NCBI GenBank assembly: GCA_038208905.1
Contig: JBBQYG010000127.1
Location: 1-12,181, forward strand
Source: Candidatus Sumerlaeia bacterium
GTDB taxonomy: Bacteria > Sumerlaeota > Sumerlaeia > SLMS01
Reading direction: 5' to 3'
DNA: 12,181 nucleotides
The notes under the pieces were generated by a model. That model had not been told where the DNA came from. It searched no databases and saw nothing but the letters and a program-made list of their open reading frames with translations. Each line of letters opens with the position of its first letter. Within the stretch, counting starts at the first letter, position 1. Of the stretch, positions 1 through 7,458 are shown piece by piece. The position numbers and the translations under genes were made by a program.

Positions 1-864
1 GCCGGGAAGACGACCCTGATGCGCGCGATGGCTGGCGTGCTGGAGCCGACGCGCGGATCCGTACGAGTGTTCGGCCTGTCGCATCGCGATGCTCCCGGGC
101 TCCTCGCTCCGCTGATCGGCTACCTGCCCCAGAATCACGGCCACTACGATTGGATGACGTTGCGGCAGTATCTCGACTACTTCGCGACGCTGACTGCGGG
201 GACACTGTCCCGCGCGCGATCGCTCGGGACGGATTTCCCCGCGCTCAGCGAGCACCTTGGCCGCCTGAGCGAACTGGCCGATCCGCATTCGCGCCGCACC
301 GCGGTGGATCGGGCGATGGCGGAGGTCAACCTCGGCCACGTCGCCGACCAGCGCATCGGCACGTTCTCCGGTGGCATGAAGCAGCGCGCAGGCATTGCAC
401 GCCTCATCCTTCAGGCCCCCCCGATCCTACTAGTGGACGAACCGACGGCGGGCCTGGATCCCATCGAGCGCGTCAACGTGCGGCTGCTCCTCGCGCGCCT
501 CGCGGAAAAGCACCTCATCGTGCTCTCCACTCACATCGTGGAAGACCTCGAGCAGAACTGCGACACCCTCGCGATTTTGGACAAGGGCGAGATCATCTAT
601 CACGGCGGCGCCGACGAGTTGCGCGCGCGCTGCGCGGGCCTTGTGTGGGACGTGCCGTCCCAGGCCGCTGCGCGAGAGGACTTTCGCAGTCGGCTTGTTG
701 CCGGGGGTGGGCGAGTCCTTTACCAAGTCCTTGCGCGCGATATCGATGCGACGCGAGTTCTCTCCAAGGGTTCCCCCGCCCCCGGCGCGGTACCGGTCTC
801 TGCCACTCTGGAGGTTGCATTGTTGGTAAGCCTCAGCCGCGGCGCGGTGGCGCCCGTTGCCTGA
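1..864 (+). CDS. ABC transporter ATP-binding protein (ABC-2/drug-export type), 5'-truncated by the window edge
   Basis: Frame 1 is open from base 1 and reads AGKTTLMR (end of Walker A). It also has a Q-loop (IGYLPQ), signature FSGGMKQR, Walker B/D-loop LLVDEPTAGLDP and H-switch LSTHIVED. Stop TGA at 862-864. The true start is upstream of the window. Confidence 0.95.
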   Translation, partial: AGKTTLMRAMAGVLEPTRGSVRVFGLSHRDAPGLLAPLIGYLPQNHGHYDWMTLRQYLDYFATLTAGTLSRARSLGTDFPALSEHLGRLSELADPHSRRTAVDRAMAEVNLGHVADQRIGTFSGGMKQRAGIARLILQAPPILLVDEPTAGLDPIERVNVRLLLARLAEKHLIVLSTHIVEDLEQNCDTLAILDKGEIIYHGGADELRARCAGLVWDVPSQAAAREDFRSRLVAGGGRVLYQVLARDIDATRVLSKGSPAPGAVPVSATLEVALLVSLSRGAVAPVA

Positions 865-2695
865 TCCCAGCGGGGCATCTGAAGTGCCGTCGCGCCGCGT
901 CCTTCTTCTCTACGTAGGGATCGCCGTTCTTCCCGCCGCGGCGATGCTGCTCAACCTCGGCGCTCCGCCGCTCTTCTATCCACGCGGGGACATCGCCACG
1001 ACGCTGTGGAATCACTGGTGGTTCGCCGAGGCATTGTCGCACGGCGTGAATCCGTATCGCTCGCCGGCGATATTCCATCCCTTCGGCGCGCCGCTTTTCC
1101 TGCATACTTTCGAGATCGTGGATGCGATCATTGCATGGCCAGTCCGCGCGTTGGTGGGGGTGGAGGCCGCATGGAAGTTTGCCTTCGTCCTTCACAACTT
1201 CTGGACTCTGGTAGCGGCGCATCTTCTCGCGCGGCGTCTGGGCATTGTGGCGTCCGGCGCGATCGTTTCGGCAATTCTGCTCTGCTGCTGCAGCTATCGC
1301 TTCGTGAATGCCCCCGCGCTCAGCCTCCTTGCCACGGGACATCTGTTCTTCCTGTGGTGGGCCATCGTGGGATGCTGGCAGAGGCCGGACGACTGGCGCC
1401 GTGGGCTGTGGCTTGGCGCGGGAGCGGTGGTGCTGCTCTACGCGAATCTCTACTACCTCTTCTTCACCGCCCTGATAGCCGCTCCAACGGGGGTGGCGCT
1501 CGCGATCGCCGCCCGCCCCGGGCGTGCGGCATGGATCGGGTGGTCGCGCCAGCTCGGCGTCGCGGCAATGCTAGGATGCGGGCCCCTCGCTTTCATCGTC
1601 ATTGGCTTGCGCGACTCCCAGGGATACATGGGCGTAGTTTCAGGGTACGCTGAGTGGAATCAGATCCGAGGATCCGCCGACCTGGCTCAGCTCTTACTGC
1701 CGCGCTGGGTTCGCGCACTCCTCACGGGCGAAGCTGTTCCCGATGAACCGTGGGCGCTCCTGGCTCCTCCCCTCCGCGTCATCGCGTATGCGCCCCCCCT
1801 TATGTTCATGGCGATTTCCCTCTTCGGTTGGTGTAGGGCCCCGGCGGCTGCGGATGAAGTTTCTGTCAAGCCACGCGGCGTCCGTCTGGGTCTCGTCACG
1901 GTTGCGCTCCTCTCGATCTTCGTTGCCATTGGTCCTCGCGTAAAGGTCTGGACGATCACGGATCCCGCTGATGTCCCTGCATCGGAGAACATCGGCCGCC
2001 CCCCGGATTGGAGGGGGATTTCCTTTCCGTCGCCCTATGCCATGTTGGCTGATCTTCCGGGTTTCAGCCATATCCGGGGGAATACGCGCGCCGCCTACTT
2101 CATGCAGGCGGCGATCATTCTCCTCCTCGCTCCTGCATTCGTCAGAGGATTTCAACGGACGCTCAACATCGCCAAGTCACAGGGGATTCATCCCGCGATT
2201 CCCGCGCTGGCGTTCGGCACCTTGCTATGGCTGGAGCAGCCGATCCCCTTCTTCCCCACGGAGCCCCGCCTTGATCGCGCGGGGCTGGAACTCCTGCATG
2301 ATCTCCCGGGCGACGGAGCCGTCCGCACCTACCCCGACCGCGGATTCGTGATCCAGGGGCTTGCGATGTATGACCAGACGATCCACGGACGACCGATCCT
2401 TGGTGGATATCTTTCCCGCGACCTCCCCGAGTACAACCATTGGATCGACGCGCGGCCGTGGGAGCAGCATTTCCACAGCATTCTTGCCGGGCGGCGCCCT
2501 TCGATGACCGATGCTCAGCGGACAGTAATCCTCCGTGTGGCCCGGGAGGACGGGATACGCTTCATCGTGTTCTACAAGACGATCCAGATGGAAGGCATGT
2601 CGGAGGACTTTCTTCCCTCCTTGCTCCGCCAGCGACTTGGGTCAATCCTCTGGCAGGACGATACGATGGCGGTCGTCGAAATCGCGCGGGAGTAG
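857..2695 (+). CDS. Multi-pass membrane protein, YfhO-like / putative GT-C-fold glycosyltransferase
   Basis: 612-aa ORF with roughly 10-12 hydrophobic segments. An early loop reads GD..TTLWNHWW...GVNPY..PAIFHPFG, internal motifs are SADL..LLLP and LPGFSHIRGNTR, and the soluble C-terminal part has AMYDQTIHGRPILGGYLSR. This layout is typical of YfhO-like membrane proteins. The TTG start overlaps the ABC gene stop by 8 bp. Exact start is uncertain. Confidence 0.7.
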   Translation: MPDPSGASEVPSRRVLLLYVGIAVLPAAAMLLNLGAPPLFYPRGDIATTLWNHWWFAEALSHGVNPYRSPAIFHPFGAPLFLHTFEIVDAIIAWPVRALVGVEAAWKFAFVLHNFWTLVAAHLLARRLGIVASGAIVSAILLCCCSYRFVNAPALSLLATGHLFFLWWAIVGCWQRPDDWRRGLWLGAGAVVLLYANLYYLFFTALIAAPTGVALAIAARPGRAAWIGWSRQLGVAAMLGCGPLAFIVIGLRDSQGYMGVVSGYAEWNQIRGSADLAQLLLPRWVRALLTGEAVPDEPWALLAPPLRVIAYAPPLMFMAISLFGWCRAPAAADEVSVKPRGVRLGLVTVALLSIFVAIGPRVKVWTITDPADVPASENIGRPPDWRGISFPSPYAMLADLPGFSHIRGNTRAAYFMQAAIILLLAPAFVRGFQRTLNIAKSQGIHPAIPALAFGTLLWLEQPIPFFPTEPRLDRAGLELLHDLPGDGAVRTYPDRGFVIQGLAMYDQTIHGRPILGGYLSRDLPEYNHWIDARPWEQHFHSILAGRRPSMTDAQRTVILRVAREDGIRFIVFYKTIQMEGMSEDFLPSLLRQRLGSILWQDDTMAVVEIARE

Positions 2696-2699
2696 TCGC

Positions 2700-3245
2700 A
2701 TGGAACTGTCGAACCTGGAAGCCTTCGAGCGCTACTCGGCCCTCGGTCCCGATTTCCTTACCTGGATGATGGTCCGCGTGCTGGAGGATGACTTCCCCGC
2801 CCCGGCCTCCGAGCCCGGCCTGACGGTGGATATCAAAGGCCCCCTCGTTTTCATCTCCGACGCGGGCGAGGCCAACAAGATCACCCTCGCGGGTGACGAA
2901 GCGGTTGGCGCGCCGGAGCTGCGCTCCGCCCTGCGCCAGGGGAAGAAGCTGACGCGCGCCCGCCTGGAGTTCGTCGCCGCGGTGGACACGTGGACGTTCA
3001 CCTTCGACGCGGAGACCTTCGACTTGAAGGCTATCAAGCTCCCCGTGCCCCCCCTCGCCGATATCGAGGCCAACCTGACGATGCGCGCGGAAGCAACGGC
3101 GCGGCTCTATCACCTGATCGACGAACTCTTCGAAGGCTTCCTCGCGATTCGCCTCAGCCCGGAGGCGTGGGACTCCGAGGCCAGCCGCTGGAAGAAACTG
3201 GCCACCGCCCCCATCCGCGAGCGCAAGGCGGAGCCAGCGACTTGA
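2700..3245 (+). CDS. Hypothetical protein, RdgC-related family (181 aa)
   Basis: ATG at 2700, preceded by GGGAG at 2688-2692 and 4 nt after the upstream stop. Motifs LGPDFLTW, ELRSALRQGKKLTRARL and WTFTFDAETFDLKAIKLP resemble the short RdgC-like proteins seen in Deltaproteobacteria-type genomes. The upstream extension to 2535 in the ORF track is not supported. Confidence 0.65.
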   Translation: MELSNLEAFERYSALGPDFLTWMMVRVLEDDFPAPASEPGLTVDIKGPLVFISDAGEANKITLAGDEAVGAPELRSALRQGKKLTRARLEFVAAVDTWTFTFDAETFDLKAIKLPVPPLADIEANLTMRAEATARLYHLIDELFEGFLAIRLSPEAWDSEASRWKKLATAPIRERKAEPAT

Positions 3246-3311
3246 CGCCGCGGAGCCCATCTGGCAGTTGATCGCGAGCAGCCGCCGGACAATGCAGAAA
3301 GGGAGCCTCCC

Positions 3312-4601
3312 TTGACGACGCCGATTGCCCTGAACCTGACAGGCACCTTTCCCAAGGGGCTTCCGATAGTGGGTGGGCCCAAGTCGTTCTTTCTAAAGTT
3401 CTCGAAATCCTGCGCGGAACAGTTTCAGGGGATGGTTGCTGGCGGCGACATGGACGAGCCCCAGAAGGGCGTCTATACACTCGGCATGCAGGTCCACCCC
3501 GCGACGGGCCCCGTCCGCGTCACGATCCAGGCCCCGAACACCATCAAGGTCACCGCATTCACCGCATCGGTGGGCCCCGGTTACCATCAATACCTGTGCG
3601 ACACCTTTCTTGCCCTTGGCCAGAAGCACAAGATCGCGTGGTCCCAGGACCGCGAGGCCGACCCAACCGGGTACTTCTTCCACCGCGACCGCCGCTCGCT
3701 GGAGAGCGCCTTCCTGCGCTTCCTAGCCGACGCGATTCAGGGGATGATCGACGATCGCGACGATGTGATGTTCTACCCACCGCTTCCCCACGAGTTCGAG
3801 CACGACGGCGAGATCGCGACGCCGCTTGGCCCGCGGTCCGCCGAATGGATGGTCGCCACGGCCCACGATCCCCAGCGCGGCAGGGATGTCTTCGCCTGGT
3901 GGGACGAGGGACTGGGCGCCAACTACCATCTGGGCCGCGCCCTCGCGATCCTGTGGAACCACGCGCGTTTCCGCCCTCCGCTGACAGAGGACGAGGGCAA
4001 GTACCTCTCCAGCATGCTTTCCAGCTTCGAGGCTGCCCATCGGCTGGCGCCGCACTTCAAGTACCCATGGCGGGAGTGGTTTGAATTCATGAAGTTCACG
4101 CCCCGCGCCACCACCGATCCGCTCTACCAGACCGTGCAGAGAATGACACAGGTAGATCCCCTTGCGCGCTCGCTGTTCGGCTACCGGTGCCGGGACTTCA
4201 AGCTGCATATAGGCTCCGGATGGATCGTCAGGATTCCTGGAATCATGGCCGAGGCGACCGACGAGCGCGGTTGGCAATTCTGGGACGGCCAGCGCACGGT
4301 GCAGGTTGCCCCGATGCCTGCGCCCCCCGGCCAGAGCGCGGCGGACATCGTCGCCGGGTTTCCGCCGCTGGGGCCCGGAGGCGTTGGCGAGGAGTTCAGT
4401 TGGGAGCGGGGCGGCATCGTCTCGAAGGGAAACCTCCATCGCGCCAATGAGGACGGCCGCCAGTTCTGGCGCCTCGGCTCCATCGCGGCCGTGCCGGGGA
4501 GCCTCCTGATCTTCACCATCAACTTCGACGAAGAGAACCAGCGCGAGTGGGCACTCGCGACATGGCGCGCGCTCGAATGGGCCCAGGTGGAGGGCGAGTA
4601 G
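3312..4601 (+). CDS. Conserved hypothetical protein (429 aa)
   Basis: TTG start with SD-like AAAGGGAG at 3298-3305. Protein-like composition with conserved-looking motifs (VGPGYHQYLCD, DPTGYF, TPLGPR, FAWW, PWREW, GYR). No catalytic family recognised. Confidence 0.8.
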   Translation: MTTPIALNLTGTFPKGLPIVGGPKSFFLKFSKSCAEQFQGMVAGGDMDEPQKGVYTLGMQVHPATGPVRVTIQAPNTIKVTAFTASVGPGYHQYLCDTFLALGQKHKIAWSQDREADPTGYFFHRDRRSLESAFLRFLADAIQGMIDDRDDVMFYPPLPHEFEHDGEIATPLGPRSAEWMVATAHDPQRGRDVFAWWDEGLGANYHLGRALAILWNHARFRPPLTEDEGKYLSSMLSSFEAAHRLAPHFKYPWREWFEFMKFTPRATTDPLYQTVQRMTQVDPLARSLFGYRCRDFKLHIGSGWIVRIPGIMAEATDERGWQFWDGQRTVQVAPMPAPPGQSAADIVAGFPPLGPGGVGEEFSWERGGIVSKGNLHRANEDGRQFWRLGSIAAVPGSLLIFTINFDEENQREWALATWRALEWAQVEGE

Positions 4602-4606
4602 CATCC

Positions 4607-5458
4607 TCAGGACTTTTTTCGCAGCTCCGCACGTGCGCTGGGGATCACGCGCAGGTATTCGTCGAGGGGAGAGCCCTCGGGGCGTTCCGTCATCATCTTC
4701 ATGATCCGTCCAACCGGATAATAGTCGAGTTCGGGAAAGCGCAGCGCCACCTTCTCGATGCTCGTCGCCGCGCGGAAATCCCACTCGCCGCCAAAGAGTC
4801 CGCGCCCCACTTCGCCGATGGCGAATCCCGCCTGAACCAAGCGCGTGTCTTCGATGAACGACAACAGATAGTGCGACCGAAGGAATCCATCGAGTTCCCT
4901 CATTCCCAGCAGCGACAAAGGTAGCTCCCCGCCGAAGCGCTGACGCCAGAACGCGCGGAAAGCTTGCTCTTGAGCCGCGACGAAATCGAGGGCGTCGGCG
5001 CCGGACTTGCCGATCCATTCGGCGTCCTGCGGCGCTTCACCACATGGGTGCGCCTTTGCGCGTTCTGCTTCGAGGCGGGCTGGGAGCGTGGCGAGGAACG
5101 CATCGAGTGAGAAGCGTGCGCCGAGGGCGATCTTCTTCTCGATGGTGGGGAGGGGAAAGAATCGCCCGGAGGCAATACCGCCGATTCCGCCGAGCGTCAC
5201 GCCCCATGCCTCGTCCTCGACCCACTCGCCACCAGCGATCGCACGAACGTGCTCGCCGATGTGGCTCGCCGCATCGCTGAGCAGTCGCTCGCGCTGGTCG
5301 TCGGGCGCGCGTCCTGCGTCCTCCACCGCGGCGTCCAGAGAGAAGCCGCGCGACTTCGCGGCGCGGGCGAACCGATCCGCGCCCGCGGGGACTTCATCCG
5401 CCAGCGTGGTGGGTGGGGGAGTGGTCGCTCCCTTCAGGAATCCCCAGAGTCTGCTCAC
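4607..5458 (-). CDS. Hypothetical protein with two tandem DUF3806-like repeats (283 aa)
   Basis: GTG start at 5458 overlaps the Rieske stop as GTGA, giving MSRLWGFLKG... Two copies of an (A/G)xxIGE..R...GGEW...(F/Y)P...I.K motif lie 147 codons apart. The ORF-track extension to 5632 overlaps the Rieske gene and is rejected. Confidence 0.75.
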   Translation of the reverse strand: MSRLWGFLKGATTPPPTTLADEVPAGADRFARAAKSRGFSLDAAVEDAGRAPDDQRERLLSDAASHIGEHVRAIAGGEWVEDEAWGVTLGGIGGIASGRFFPLPTIEKKIALGARFSLDAFLATLPARLEAERAKAHPCGEAPQDAEWIGKSGADALDFVAAQEQAFRAFWRQRFGGELPLSLLGMRELDGFLRSHYLLSFIEDTRLVQAGFAIGEVGRGLFGGEWDFRAATSIEKVALRFPELDYYPVGRIMKMMTERPEGSPLDEYLRVIPSARAELRKKS

Positions 5459-5754
5459 TCCGCGATGGCCACTTTGCCGTCGGCGACGGTGACCTTGTAA
5501 CAGCGCACCTGACCAGGATGCGTGGGCGATTTGCCCGTGCGGATGTCGAACCGCCAGCCGTGCCACGGGCACACGACCACGCAATCGTCCTCCAGGTCGC
5601 CGCCATCCAACGGCCCGCCGCGATGCGGGCACTGGGCGTCGATGGCGTGGACGACGTCCCCCTTACGGAAGAGGGCCACCTCCCGGCCCGCAAAGGGGCG
5701 GCGAATCGAACCGCCGTCGGGAATCTCGTTAAGACTGGCGACGATCTCAGGCAT
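5455..5754 (-). CDS. Rieske [2Fe-2S] ferredoxin (NirD/dioxygenase-ferredoxin-like), 99 aa
   Basis: ATG at 5754 with SD AGGAGA upstream. Rieske ligand motifs CPHRGGPL (CxH) and VVCPWHGWRFDIRTG (CxxH). Confidence 0.95.
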   Translation of the reverse strand: MPEIVASLNEIPDGGSIRRPFAGREVALFRKGDVVHAIDAQCPHRGGPLDGGDLEDDCVVVCPWHGWRFDIRTGKSPTHPGQVRCYKVTVADGKVAIAE

Positions 5755-6691
5755 CGGCTTTCTCCTTTCGGCCCCACGGCATCGCGAGGCGGGGGAGCGC
5801 CAACGGCGCCTGGTGGCGGGCAACCAGTAGGCGCTCGCCATCGGGATTCGCTTCGCGGCGCCGCGCGGCCATCTTCTGGAACATGCCGCGGGCGGGAGCC
5901 AGCCCCGATCCGTCGACAAACACGGCGCGGCAATCGAGCCCTCCCTCGCGGTAGATGCCCCGATAGTCGTCCATCCCCAGCGAACGGCCGTGGTGCCGTG
6001 GGTCGCTTCCTCCCAGCGCGATCGACCCGCGCCCCAGCGGCTCGCCCAGGTTGATCACGATGCCGCCGCGGCGGAGGATTCGCCCCAGCTCGCGGGCCAG
6101 TCGCTCGGGCCGCGCGATGCGGTTCATCGCGTCGGCCATGAACACGATGTCGAAAGTCTCCGGCGCAAAGGCAAGGCGACACACGTCGCCCTGAAAGCAA
6201 TCGACGCGATCTCCCCGCCCGCGCGCGGATGCAAGCCCGCCGACGCCTGCCACCGCATCCACCGCCGCCACGCGGGCGCCCCGATCCGCGAACCACGCGG
6301 CGGCCCAGCCGTTTCCGCAGCAGAGGTCCAGCACGCGCCGACCTTCGAGTTTTCCTGCAAGTTTCTCCACCAGCGGCACCAGGGCGGGATAGCGATCCTC
6401 AGCCGTTCGCCCATCCGCCGCAATGGTCGCCGCCTCGGCCTCAAGCGCCGCGATCTCGGATTCCCTCAGCCGATAGTTGTCGCCCGTGGGCATGAGGGAG
6501 AGCACACCGTCGCGATCCTCGAAAGCGCGCGCGCAGGCCGGGCACTTGAACGACTGGGAAGTTTCCAGATAGTCCAGCGGCGCGTCGTCGTTGGGGCAGA
6601 TCAGTGCCGCGCGATACTCCTCCGTCAGGCCCTTGCGGCCCCGCCCGGCGAGTTCCTTCCAGTAGTTCGCCCCCATCGCCCGCTTGGTCAC
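5747..6691 (-). CDS. Class I SAM-dependent methyltransferase with N-terminal Trm112-like domain
   Basis: N-terminal LICPND...FKCPACARAFEDRDGVLSLMP is Trm112/YcaR-like. It is followed by motif I VLDLCCGNGW, VAAVD, FQGDVCRLAFAPETFDIVF and ELGRILRRGG. Start is GTG 6691 or ATG 6676. The stop overlaps the Rieske start by 8 bp. Confidence 0.88.
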   Translation of the reverse strand: MTKRAMGANYWKELAGRGRKGLTEEYRAALICPNDDAPLDYLETSQSFKCPACARAFEDRDGVLSLMPTGDNYRLRESEIAALEAEAATIAADGRTAEDRYPALVPLVEKLAGKLEGRRVLDLCCGNGWAAAWFADRGARVAAVDAVAGVGGLASARGRGDRVDCFQGDVCRLAFAPETFDIVFMADAMNRIARPERLARELGRILRRGGIVINLGEPLGRGSIALGGSDPRHHGRSLGMDDYRGIYREGGLDCRAVFVDGSGLAPARGMFQKMAARRREANPDGERLLVARHQAPLALPRLAMPWGRKEKADA

Positions 6692-6715
6692 GATGCTGGC
6701 CCCCGGGTGAGTCGG

Positions 6716-6931
6716 CTACTGGGCATCCTGCCACTCTTCCAGCCATGCCATCTGGATGGCTTCGAGCTTGGACTCGTTGCTCTCCTCGCGCTTGCCGGCA
6801 AAACCATCGAGTTGCAGGGTCCACTCCAGCAGGTCGGTGAAGCGGACCTGTAGCGGGTCCAGCTCGGGGCGCGTCTCGTGCAGCGCGATGGCGATGTCGT
6901 CCAAATCCTTCCAGGTAATCGCGTGCGGCAT
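6716..6931 (-). CDS. iscX: Fe-S cluster assembly protein IscX (YfhJ)
   Basis: 71-aa acidic protein with the IscX pattern ITWKD.DDIAIALHE..P.LDPLQVRFTDL..W..QL.GF......SNESKLEAIQMAWLEE. It lies directly downstream of fdx, as in isc operons. Confidence 0.96.
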   Translation of the reverse strand: MPHAITWKDLDDIAIALHETRPELDPLQVRFTDLLEWTLQLDGFAGKREESNESKLEAIQMAWLEEWQDAQ

Positions 6932-6935
6932 AGTC

Positions 6936-7247
6936 TCAGAGCTCCCTCGGAGGCCAGTTGAACAGCGTCACCACCACGTCGCGCTCCACGCGGGCCTGGC
7001 AACCAAGGCGGCTGTGGATCGTCTGCTCGGGACACAGCTTATCCATCGTATCGATCTCGTCGTCCTCCTGATCGCTCAGGCACTTGTCGGTCCCTTGTTC
7101 GGCAATCACATGGCAGGTGGAGCAGGCGCAGACGCCGCCACAGGCGTGCTCGAGGCCGATATCGTGGTCCTCGGAGACTTCGAGGAGCGTTTGGCCGACC
7201 TCGACTTCCACGGTCTTGTTGAGCGGCAGGAAAGTCACTTTCGGCAT
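6936..7247 (-). CDS. fdx: ISC/adrenodoxin-type [2Fe-2S] ferredoxin (103 aa)
   Basis: ATG at 7247 with SD GAGGT upstream. Motifs LEHACGGVCACSTCHV (Cx5Cx2C), an acidic EDDEIDTMD helix and SRLGCQ. Adjacent to iscX. Confidence 0.93.
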   Translation of the reverse strand: MPKVTFLPLNKTVEVEVGQTLLEVSEDHDIGLEHACGGVCACSTCHVIAEQGTDKCLSDQEDDEIDTMDKLCPEQTIHSRLGCQARVERDVVVTLFNWPPREL

Positions 7248-7390
7248 CGTCGAGAACCTCGGTGGGGCGGGTGATGGAAACTCTTGTGGGGCTTTGTGGT
7301 CAGCATGGGACTCGTCCGCGAGGGGAATATCCTCCGCGCCCGGGCCTCGCCACCTATTGAAGCAAGGGATCGGCCATGCCGCAAACCCCG

Positions 7391-7419
7391 TTGACGCTCC
7401 CACCCCCGGCCCCAACATT
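7391..7419 (+). promoter_or_regulatory. Putative sigma70-type promoter for the lpxA-GT2-GT4 operon
   Basis: TTGACG (7391-7396), a 17-bp spacer, then AACATT (7414-7419), in the fdx/lpxA divergent intergenic region about 40 bp upstream of the lpxA ATG. The -10 match is weak. Confidence 0.45.
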
Positions 7420-7458
7420 GCCCATCGAATTCCCCGGGAAGACCACGCGCCCAACCCC

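Noticed and set aside
3268..3293. TTGATC...GACAAT promoter-like pair upstream of the 429-aa gene
   Set aside because: The spacer is only 14 bp, too short for a sigma70 promoter.
5459..5919. Upstream extensions of the Rieske ORF (to 5919) and the repeat-protein ORF (to 5632)
   Set aside because: They overlap neighbouring real genes. Better starts exist at 5754 (with SD) and 5458 (GTGA coupling).
7317..7338. Imperfect palindrome CGCGAGGGGAATATCCTCCGCG upstream of fdx as a possible IscR-type site
   Set aside because: It is GC-rich and imperfect, and does not resemble the AT-rich IscR motifs. It could occur by chance.
7084..7458. 125-aa N-terminal extension of LpxA
   Set aside because: It overlaps fdx on the opposite strand and the promoter region. 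LpxA homology starts at MPIHATA (7459).
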